NCBI GenBank assembly: GCA_021730905.1
Contig: JAKFYK010000036.1
Span: 227,734 to 291,733, forward strand
DNA: 64,000 nucleotides
Source of the DNA: Betaproteobacteria bacterium
Lineage (GTDB): Bacteria > Pseudomonadota > Gammaproteobacteria > Burkholderiales > SG8-41
Direction of reading: 5' to 3'
Position numbers and translations under genes: made by a program. Each line of letters starts with the position of its first letter. The stretch's first letter is position 1. This document shows positions 30,113 to 38,311 of this stretch, piece by piece. A model generated the notes under the pieces. That model did not search any database, had not been told where the DNA came from, and saw only the letters and a list, made by a program, of their open reading frames with translations.

Positions 30113-30299
30113 GGTTCCGCTCCTTGCTTAATTTTGTATTGCGAAATCCTTCAGTCCAAAAAATGCGCGCGGGTACAGTTTGTTGAGTGTGGTTCGTGAG
30201 CGCGCTGTGCTTTGCCCATCCTCAATAAATCATCGGCCACGGCATCGGTTAACATCTCCATATTAGCTGAAGCGGCTGATGACCGGAGGAAAGTCAGTG

Positions 30300-31286
30300 A
30301 TGAGCATGGTGATCAAGCGATGTCGCGCGTTGACCTTCACGTTGGCAATCATAGCCTGTTACTTCCCCGCAACGTCCCCGGCGCAGGGCTATCCCGCCAA
30401 ACCCGTCCGCTACATCGTGCCCTTTCCCGCAGGGGGATCGCCCGACATCATTGCCCGCACAATCGCTGACCGATTCACACGAATGTGGGGCCAGCAGGTC
30501 CTGGTGGACAACCGGGCAGGGGCGGGCGGGACCGTGGGCGCCACCTTCGCCGCCAAGTCGCCGGCCGACGGCTACACGCTGTTTCAGTGCAACATCGCTT
30601 CCAGCGCGATTGCCGAGTCTCTGTACGTGAAAATGCCGTACGACCACCAGCGCGACTTTGCGCCGCTCTCCCGTATCGGTCTGACCCCGAACGTCCTGGT
30701 CGTGCACCCGTCGCTGCCGGTACGCTCTGTGAAGGAATTCATCACATACGCGAAGGCCAACCCGGGCAAGCTCTCCTACGGCACGTCAGCTGCCGGCAGT
30801 TCGCAACTGCTGACGATGGAGCTGTTCAAGCTCACGGCGAAGATCGATGTCGTGTTCGTCCCTTACAAAGGTGCGCCACAGTCGCTTTCCGACACCATCG
30901 GAGGCCAGATTCCCGCCACCGTGCAGTCGGCACCGGGAGTACTCTCGGTAATTCAGAGTGAGCGCGTGCGTGCGCTCGCGGTGACGAGCCTGAAGCGCAT
31001 ACCGCAGTTGCCTTCGGTGCCGACTGTGCACGAGACTGTGCTCCCCGGATTCGAAGTGAACTCCTGGTACGGACTGTGCGCGCCGGCCGGCACGCCCGCG
31101 CCCATCCTCGACAAGGTTCACGCCGATCTCACCGCGGTGTTGCGCGTGCCGGAGATCCAGCAGCGATTCAAGGAATTGGTGATCGAAGTCGCCCCCACCA
31201 GCCGTGAAGAATTCGCGCGGTTCATTCATGCGGAAGCCGCACGCTGGGGGCGGGTGATCAAAGACGCCGGCATCGCGCAACAGTAG
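30300..31286 (+). CDS. Bug/TctC-family substrate-binding protein
   Basis: ORF 30279..31286 trimmed to ATG 30300 (GGAGGA RBS). ...ATSPAQ, then GYPAKPVRYIVPFPAGGSPD. Confidence 0.9.
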   Translation: MSMVIKRCRALTFTLAIIACYFPATSPAQGYPAKPVRYIVPFPAGGSPDIIARTIADRFTRMWGQQVLVDNRAGAGGTVGATFAAKSPADGYTLFQCNIASSAIAESLYVKMPYDHQRDFAPLSRIGLTPNVLVVHPSLPVRSVKEFITYAKANPGKLSYGTSAAGSSQLLTMELFKLTAKIDVVFVPYKGAPQSLSDTIGGQIPATVQSAPGVLSVIQSERVRALAVTSLKRIPQLPSVPTVHETVLPGFEVNSWYGLCAPAGTPAPILDKVHADLTAVLRVPEIQQRFKELVIEVAPTSREEFARFIHAEAARWGRVIKDAGIAQQ

Positions 31287-31472
31287 CGTGCAGCGGACGA
31301 CCGCAATCGGGAAAATTTGCTTTTGGCCTGCTAGCGCATGCGAAAATTTGCGCGGTTGACCGGTTGCCGGACCACCGCTACATTGTCCGTTCGTGCAAGT
31401 GGTGCGTAGAATTTCTACCCCATACCCCCTTTGCGTTGAATTGTCCTTTCCAAGATCACACGAGGCTCCTTC

Positions 31473-32150
31473 ATGTTCTGCGAAACCAAAGATCTCTCGC
31501 GCGAGGCGCTCAAAGCCCTCGGACTTGCCTTCAATCCCTTTAAAGCCGTGGTCGTGCCGCGGCCGATCGGGTGGGTCACAACCCTGGACCGCAATGGTGT
31601 CGTGAATCTCGCGCCGTACTCCTTTTTCAACGCGGTGTCGTCGGATCCGCCGATGGTGTTCTACGGCGCGAATGGAACCCACGCTGCGGACGATGGAGAA
31701 AAGGATTCTTTACGCAACGTGCGCGAGACCGGCGAGTTTGTATGTAATCTGGTGACCTGGGAGCTGCGCCACCAAATGAACGATACTGCCACGCCTGCGC
31801 CCCACGGCGTGGATGAGATGAAGGAAGTGGGGATCGCCCAGTTGCCGTCCCGCCTCGTCAAACCGCCGCGGGTGGCCGCCTCACCTGCCCATCTGGAATG
31901 CAAGCTGCACCAATTCGTTGAGCTGCCCGCGGATCCGCGCTCGGGCAAACGCAATGTGATGGTGATTGGCCACGTGGTCGCGATACACATTGACGACACA
32001 TTCATCGTCGACGGTCGCTTCGACACCGCCCGCGCCCGGCCTGTCGCCAGACTAGGCTACATGGACTATGCGGTGGTCACGCAATCCTTCGAGATCAAGC
32101 GCCCGAGTTGGCCGCTTGCGCGCAAACCCGAATCGGTTGAGACGTCATAG
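31473..32150 (+). CDS. Flavin reductase-like (FMN-binding split barrel) protein
   Basis: FKAVVVPRPIGWVTTLDRNGVVNLAPYSFFNAVSSDPPMV. Confidence 0.8.
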   Translation: MFCETKDLSREALKALGLAFNPFKAVVVPRPIGWVTTLDRNGVVNLAPYSFFNAVSSDPPMVFYGANGTHAADDGEKDSLRNVRETGEFVCNLVTWELRHQMNDTATPAPHGVDEMKEVGIAQLPSRLVKPPRVAASPAHLECKLHQFVELPADPRSGKRNVMVIGHVVAIHIDDTFIVDGRFDTARARPVARLGYMDYAVVTQSFEIKRPSWPLARKPESVETS

Positions 32151-32212
32151 CTCCGCGCCCGGCGCCTGAGCTTGACGGCATCCCAAGGTAAATCTCAAAA
32201 AAGGTGAACAGG

Positions 32213-33397
32213 ATGATGTTTCCGAAATTAGAAGACGCGCAGAACATTTTCGACCTGCGGGATATCGCCAAGCAGCGCCTGCCAAGGTGGCTGTTCGAAT
32301 TCGTCGACCGCGGCACCGAAGATGAAGTGGCGCTACACAACAACCGCGAGGCGTTCGAACGCATCAAGCTGCGGCCACGCATGCTGGTGGATGTTTCCGG
32401 CCGCAAGCTTGACACCACGATTTACGGCAAAGAGCACAAGATGCCGATAGGCATCGCGCCCACCGGCGCCGCCGGCATGATGTGGTATCGCGGTGAGCTG
32501 GAGCTCGCGCGCGCGGCCAAGGCTGCCGGCATTCCCTTTTCGCTTGCCACCGGTTCCATCACCAGCATGGAGAAAGTCGCCGGCGAAGTCGGCGGCACGC
32601 TGTGGATGCAGCTCTATATGTGGGCCGACCGCAAGCTTTCGCACCAGGTCGTGCGCCGTGCCGAAGCCGCGGGTTTCGAAGCTCTGCTGGTGACGGTGGA
32701 TGGCGCGGTTGCCGGTAACCGCGAGTACAACCGGCGCAACGGCTACTCGGTGCCGTTCAAGTACAACAGCAAGAACACCATCGATGTACTCACGCATCCG
32801 GGCTGGATGATCAACGTGCTGGGGCGTTATATCGCCAACGGCGGCATGCCCACGCGCGAAAATTTTCCCGACGAGTTGAGGGGCAGCAAGATCACCACGG
32901 CCTACGGCGGCACCAAGGAAACCCGCAGCGATTCGCTCAACTGGGACGACTTGAAGGCGCTGCGCGATATCTGGCCCCACAAGCTGCTGGTGAAGGGGCT
33001 GCTGCATCCCGACGATGCGTTGAAGTCGCTGGAATACGGCGCCGACGGCATCATCGTCTCCAACCATGGCGGACGCAACTGCGATGCCGCGCCCGCACCC
33101 ATCGAAGTGTTGCCGGAAATCGTCAAGGCGGTGGGCGATCGCACCACGGTCATCTTTGACAGTGGCGTGCGCCGCGGCAGCGACGTGGTGAAGGCGCTGG
33201 CGCTGGGAGCGAAGATGGTGCTGATCGGACGCAGCACGCTGTATGGCACTGCCGCCGGGGGCGAAGCGGGCGCTGCCCGGGCGCTGGATATCTATCGCGG
33301 CGAAATCAGTCGCGGCATGGCCAATATTTCCTGCACCCGGGTGTCCGAGATCGGACCGCAGCATGTCGCTTTCCAGCGAGACTGGAGCGGCACATGA
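32213..33397 (+). CDS. FMN-dependent alpha-hydroxy acid oxidase/dehydrogenase (LldD/glycolate oxidase family)
   Basis: ORF 32204..33397. ATG 32213 preferred (AAGG 8 nt upstream). ...REAFERIKLRPRML..., VSNHGGRN, FDSGVRRGSDV. Confidence 0.85.
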   Translation: MMFPKLEDAQNIFDLRDIAKQRLPRWLFEFVDRGTEDEVALHNNREAFERIKLRPRMLVDVSGRKLDTTIYGKEHKMPIGIAPTGAAGMMWYRGELELARAAKAAGIPFSLATGSITSMEKVAGEVGGTLWMQLYMWADRKLSHQVVRRAEAAGFEALLVTVDGAVAGNREYNRRNGYSVPFKYNSKNTIDVLTHPGWMINVLGRYIANGGMPTRENFPDELRGSKITTAYGGTKETRSDSLNWDDLKALRDIWPHKLLVKGLLHPDDALKSLEYGADGIIVSNHGGRNCDAAPAPIEVLPEIVKAVGDRTTVIFDSGVRRGSDVVKALALGAKMVLIGRSTLYGTAAGGEAGAARALDIYRGEISRGMANISCTRVSEIGPQHVAFQRDWSGT

Positions 33398-33425
33398 AGA
33401 AGCTATTGGAATAGCCCGGCAGCCA

Positions 33426-35132
33426 TCACCCGCCCGCCAAATCCCTCCCCGCTTCCTCGATCAACGCATCAAATGTTTCCGGCACGCGCACCATGCGGCC
33501 GACGACGGCGGGGCTGTTGCCCTGCAGCCAGAACGAATGCGTCGGATGCCCGCCGCCGGCGACGACGAGTATCAGATTCTCCGGCCTGGAGGTAATCGGC
33601 CACATCTCCCTGTCGATACTGTCGCGCGCGGATTGATCGTGCGCAATTTCAATCCACGCGCGACCACCGGTGCGTTTGATCTGTTCCTGCGGGATGCGCG
33701 AGTGGTTGACGAGAAATTCGCGGATTTTCGGCTTGGTCCAACCCAGGTCCGCGAGCGCCCCGGCGACCACTCGCGTGAGCAGCATGGCGCCCGGGGTGCC
33801 TTCTTCGTAGCCGTGCAGGTAGTGATAGCTGGGCACAGCAAGAAAGCCTGCCATACGATGCAAACCCTGTTCGGCATCTTCCTGCTTGGTTTCCTTTTGC
33901 GCACCGCGCCGCACGATGTTGGTCGCGCCCGTGGAAAAAAACAGCGATACCGAATTGCTGCCCTGGGTAAAACCGTGGCGCTCCTGCGCGTGTGTCGGCC
34001 AGCCTTCGGGCAATCCCGCTTCGTCTTCGGCAAACACAATATTGTTGTAACGGTTGTTGCCCCACGGCGCCATGGTGCCGGTGCCGGGCAGCGCGCCGCC
34101 AAGATTCTGTTGCATCTGGCGCAGCGCGCGGCCTATGCTCGCACCCGCCGGGAATTGCGGATCGGGGCCGAGGCAACCGAAACCGGAATTGAGCTTGATC
34201 TGCCTGGCGATTGGCCCGTTGACCACTACCACCGGAAACGGCGCGCCCGAGGTCGCCTGCGCGAGCTCGCTGCGCAGCGATGGATCGAGAAACGCATCTG
34301 TGGCTGCGATCAGGATCGGCAGATATTCGGGCCGTCCGCCTGCCATCGCCAGCGCGATGGCGCATGCCTCGACCGTGACAATGCCGCCGCGCGGCGGGAA
34401 TTTGCCCAGTACGTGCGTGCGTGGCAGCGGCGTGCCCCGCAGCATCCAGTCCACGCGCTCGCGCGTCGCCGGCCACAGCGGCATGCCGTCGCCCCACAAC
34501 TTTGCGATGAACAGATTGTTGGCCTTGGCCAGCGCGTCCTCGTAGGTCGCCCCTTCGACGCTCAGCATGGCGCTGCCGCCCACTTTGATGGACTTGGCTT
34601 CCGCACGCGTGAGGCCGTCATATAACTCCTGCCTGCGCGCCTTGAGCGGCGCCAGGTCCGCGTCGGGTAAGAATGTCTCGATCGGGAACGTCACCATCGG
34701 TACATTGGGATCAACGTTGAGCCCTGACACCGCGTTTTTCACCACGCCAACAAAATCCTTGCGCGTGATGGTGACAGTGGGTATGCCTTCTGCTTCGATT
34801 CTGGCGGCTGCACGGCCGCACGCTGTGGAGCACGCCCCTCAGGCCGCGTTGCCGATGATCACGGCATCGACGTCGCTCTCCTTGACGAGCTTGGCAACTT
34901 CAGCGTTGCCGATCAGCGTGTTGCCCTGCGGGAAACGGTCGATGGGCAGCACTTCAACGCCGGGATAATCTTCTTCGAGCATGCTCTTGACCAGCGGCAG
35001 CATGCGGTACGCCTGCCATTGCTCGTTGGACACGAAGCCAATGCGCTTGCCGGCAAGCGACGCGAGTCGCGGCGCATGCGGTTTGGCGGTTTCGAGCGCG
35101 CCGGAGGGATCGAAAAATTCGAGTTTGACCAT
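33426..35132 (-). CDS. Candidate selenoprotein: UGSC-type module (Sec at codon 98, TGA 34841-34839) fused to a ~440-aa uncharacterised domain
   Basis: Track ORFs 34839..35132 and 33426..34745 share one frame, with a single TGA and no other stop between them. Reads ...VDAVIIGNAA-U-GACSTACGRAAARIEAEGIPTVTITRKDFVGVVKNAVSG.... AGGAGA RBS before ATG 35132. Confidence 0.65.
34804..34819 (-). other. Weak SECIS-like hairpin downstream of the UGA
   Basis: GCGGC-CGUGCA-GCCGC lies 20-35 nt after the UGA, with GU in the loop. Only 5 bp, so marginal. Confidence 0.3.
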
Positions 35133-35156
35133 AGCTATTTTCTCCTGTTGAATGAA

Positions 35157-35441
35157 TCAGCGCGCCATGTCTTTCAGCCCGGCTGTCCTGAAAAACTTTT
35201 CCCGCTTGCTGAATTCTTCCGTGAATATAGCCCTGAATTCCACCGGAGAGGTGGCCGCACCCGGATCGGAGCCGTCGGGCGCGATGCCGAGAATGATACG
35301 GATCGATTTGACGGGATAGCTGTCGGGACGTTGTGGAGGCAACTGCTGGGCGTGCACAGGCATAGCACATGCCGCGGCAGCCGTCAGGGAAACGACGGCC
35401 GTACGAAATCGAACGTGGTCATATTGCGTGAAGCTTCGCAC
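35157..35441 (-). pseudogene. Internally deleted Bug/TctC remnant (94 codons, frame intact)
   Basis: A signal peptide plus YPVKSIRIILGIAPDGSDPG joins directly to the TctC C-terminal tail TSPVEFRAIFTEEFSKREKFFRTAGLKD. About 250 codons of the fold are missing. Confidence 0.6.
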
Positions 35442-35634
35442 AAACCCTCTTCAATGGCAGCCGATTGCCTTGCGGCTATTTTGCCACGGCGCGGGAAGGA
35501 ACCTCGACAACATCGTTTGCGCCCTGCCCCGCTTTTCCGCGGAACCGCGCGTGCGGCATGCTGCGATGCTGGACGTGCACCTTCGTCAGTGAAATAATTT
35601 CCCGCAGCATCGGCCGTTACACAGAGGAAACATC

Positions 35635-36135
35635 ATGCGCAAATGGAAAGAAATCGCATCGGGTTTGTTCTGGATTGCTGTGGGATCGGGAATCCTGTGG
35701 GCTACGTGGAGCGGTTGGCAGGATTTTGCGCAACTTGAATCCGGCGAGCTCAAATCGATGAAAATCTGGGCGCCGCTGGCATGGATATACAACCTCGGCG
35801 GCACCTGGGCATTCATCGCCAAATGGGCCTTTCTTGCGATGGTGGGGCTCACCGGATTGGCATTGACGCTTGCGGGTGTCATGTCATTTTTCCCTGCCAA
35901 GGAACACGAATCCCCGGATCAGCAGGCCGTTTCGCAAAACGACGCGAGATACGATCTTGAAGTAACAGCAGCGCAGATCGCCAATGAGGACGAGATCGTC
36001 ATTCGCGGACCCAATGGCACCCTCGCTATAAAACTGCAAAAAACAATGCTCGAAGATCATTACTTGCGGTATCCGGGCGAAGGTTTCGAGGGCAAAGGCG
36101 ATCTTTACGTATTGATCAAGGTTCACAATGCCTGA
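35635..36135 (+). CDS. Membrane protein with a DnaJ C-terminal-domain-like tail (no J domain)
   Basis: Two to three N-terminal hydrophobic segments. The tail YDLEVTAAQIANEDEIVIRGPNGTLAIKLQKTMLEDHYLRYPGEGFEGKGDLYVLIKV resembles a DnaJ CTD repeat. Confidence 0.6.
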   Translation: MRKWKEIASGLFWIAVGSGILWATWSGWQDFAQLESGELKSMKIWAPLAWIYNLGGTWAFIAKWAFLAMVGLTGLALTLAGVMSFFPAKEHESPDQQAVSQNDARYDLEVTAAQIANEDEIVIRGPNGTLAIKLQKTMLEDHYLRYPGEGFEGKGDLYVLIKVHNA

Positions 36136-36160
36136 CTGGAACCCATTTCAAAAATGAGTT

Positions 36161-37144
36161 TTAATCAACGCCGATTTTCCCTGCCTTGATCACCTTCGCA
36201 TAACGCGCGATTTCGCTGGCGAGATGATTGCCGAGCTCTTCGGGCGTGCTGCCGACCGGCTCGCCGCCTTCGCGCGCGATAAAGTCGCGGATGTCGGGCG
36301 ATTTGAGTGCATCGACGGTGACGCCGTTCAGCCGGGTGACGATATCGCGCGGCGTTTTCGCAGGGAGAAACAGACCGAACCAGTTATCCGATTCGAAATC
36401 CGCATACATCGACAGCATGGTCGGCAGCTGCGGATACACGCTTGACGGATTGCGCGTGGTGACTGCAAGCCCGCGCAACTTGCCATTGTCGAGATGCTGC
36501 TTGATAGTGGTGAGCGTGGAAAAAGTGAAATCGACTTCGCCGCCAAGTATCGCCGTGGTGCCGTGCCCGCCGCCCTTGTAGGCAATGGCCACCACGTTGA
36601 TTCCGGTCATTTGTTTGAGCATTTCGAGCGCGATGTGGCTGGTGGTGCCGGCGCCGTTATGCCCGCCGTTCAGTCCGGTCTTGCTGCGCTTGGCAAGTGC
36701 CACCAGTTCACGCACCGATCGCGCAGGCACGCTCGGATGCACTGTCACCACCAGCGGCGATGACGAGAGCCATGTGACCGGCACCAGATCGCGCAGCGGA
36801 TCGAACTTGGTGCGCGCGGCAAACAACGTGGCGTTCACCGACAGCGACGCCGACGTGAGCAACACGGTGTAGCCGTCGGCGGGCGCGCGCGCGACAAGTT
36901 CGGCGCCGATCATGCCGCTGGCGCCGACCCGGTTGTCCACCACGAACGGCTGGCCCAGCGTTTCGTGAAACTTTTTCGACAGCAGCCGCCCCTGGATATC
37001 GCTGCTGCCGCCGGGCGTAAACGGTACGACGATGCGCACGGTTTTCGCGGGCCAGTTTTGCGCGGCTGCAGGTACTGCGATGGCTGCCGTAACCATCGCG
37101 ACGGCTGCCACGCGCAGCAGGGCTAACTTCAGATCATTTTGCAA
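36161..37144 (-). CDS. Bug/TctC-family substrate-binding protein
   Basis: Signal ...VPAAAQ, then NWPAKTVRIVVPFTPGGSSD. Confidence 0.9.
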   Translation of the reverse strand: MQNDLKLALLRVAAVAMVTAAIAVPAAAQNWPAKTVRIVVPFTPGGSSDIQGRLLSKKFHETLGQPFVVDNRVGASGMIGAELVARAPADGYTVLLTSASLSVNATLFAARTKFDPLRDLVPVTWLSSSPLVVTVHPSVPARSVRELVALAKRSKTGLNGGHNGAGTTSHIALEMLKQMTGINVVAIAYKGGGHGTTAILGGEVDFTFSTLTTIKQHLDNGKLRGLAVTTRNPSSVYPQLPTMLSMYADFESDNWFGLFLPAKTPRDIVTRLNGVTVDALKSPDIRDFIAREGGEPVGSTPEELGNHLASEIARYAKVIKAGKIGVD

Positions 37145-37253
37145 GGCCGCCTCCGGGGATACGCGCTGCGCCAGTTCGTGGCACGGTGGAACATTCTACG
37201 TCTGCATGGCAGCTGCCACATGAGCCCTCGGTGCGTATTGACAAGGATAACAA

Positions 37254-37270
37254 TAAGTATTTGTTTTTAA
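37254..37270 (-). repeat. AT-rich box S5 (reverse orientation)
   Basis: TAAGTATTTGTTTTTAA in the divergent region between TctC (start 37144) and the pilin-like gene (37377). Confidence 0.7.
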
Positions 37271-37280
37271 ACATATTTAT

Positions 37281-37296
37281 TGGATCGCGCCCTTGC
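37281..37296 (+). promoter_or_regulatory. Degenerate sigma-54-like element (GG-N11-GC, one nt too long)
   Basis: TGGATCGCGCCCTTGC. It is alignable to P1 (TGGCACGCGACTTGC) with a 1-nt insertion. It sits downstream of AT box S5 and a UAS-like TGCGTATTGAC (37232-37242). Confidence 0.25.
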
Positions 37297-37376
37297 AATC
37301 ATGACCCCGGATAAATCCCTGCATAATTCATTTGCACTGGAATTTCGCTTAGCACCTGCACACGGAGATTTCTTTC

Positions 37377-38216
37377 TTGAACACGCATCAAATTCCGCAA
37401 GCGGCGCGCTGTGCATGTGCCTGCATGCTGCTCGCGCCATCGGCGGCGCTTGCCAATTCCGGCATCGGCTATTTCATGGTGCTACTGCCGGTGATGATTG
37501 TCGCGTTGTTGCCGGTCATTCCGCTTGAAGCGGTCGTGCTCGCGCGCCTGCTCAAACTGCCGTTCAAGCGTGCGTTATATCTGGCATTCATCGCAAATCT
37601 GTGGTCAACGCTTGCCGGCATCGTGCTTGGTATTGTCATCGATGTGACACTGATGGGGTTGACGGGCTCATCGGGCGCGGAGTTTACGCGCGGAGCGGCG
37701 TTGGTCATGCTGGTGCCAATGTTCTTCATCACCTGGGGGCTTGAATACCGCTTGCTCAAGAAACATGTCGTCGCGTTGCCCGCGACGCGCGTACGCAGGT
37801 CTGTGTTTGCCGCCAATCTGCTTTCGTACGCGGCCATGATGGCGTGCGTGTTGATATTTCTGCCCGAGCGAAGCCCGACCATGCTGCGCGCCTACCTGTC
37901 CGAGGCGCTGCTTGTCACGTCAGCACTCAGAACGCCGGTAGAGGAATTCTGGCGGCTGCATAAACGCTTTCCGGCCGACCTCAAGGAACTCGGCAACCCC
38001 GGCATCACTCCTCCGATAGATCCGAAGCACAGCATAAGTCTCGAGTCGAACGGGCGTATCACATCGCACATTCATCGCCCGGAAATCACGGAACTGCATG
38101 GCAAGCGCGTGCAATCATGGCCCGTGGTGCAAGACGACACGTTGATATGGAAGTGCGGGTCACCCGACCTCGATCCACGCCTGTTGCCGCTGGCGTGCCG
38201 CGAGCGAGCACCATGA
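37377..38216 (+). CDS. Polytopic membrane domain fused to a type IV pilin-like globular domain
   Basis: TTG start (uncertain). About 5 hydrophobic segments. Then ...IFLPERSPTMLRAYLSEALLVTSALRTPVEEFWRLHKRFP...LHGKRVQSWPVVQDDTLIWKCGSPDLDPRLLPLACRE, which mirrors the pilin alpha1-C, beta-sheet and C-terminal disulfide loop. No G/FTLIE prepilin leader. Confidence 0.65.
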   Translation: MNTHQIPQAARCACACMLLAPSAALANSGIGYFMVLLPVMIVALLPVIPLEAVVLARLLKLPFKRALYLAFIANLWSTLAGIVLGIVIDVTLMGLTGSSGAEFTRGAALVMLVPMFFITWGLEYRLLKKHVVALPATRVRRSVFAANLLSYAAMMACVLIFLPERSPTMLRAYLSEALLVTSALRTPVEEFWRLHKRFPADLKELGNPGITPPIDPKHSISLESNGRITSHIHRPEITELHGKRVQSWPVVQDDTLIWKCGSPDLDPRLLPLACRERAP

Positions 38217-38311
38217 ACAGTATCGTCCGCTTCCCGCGGCACAGTGATTTCCACCGCGCAAACAGGTATTCTTCGCGTTCCCGTTCGGCCTGACTATTTC
38301 AAGGAATCGTT

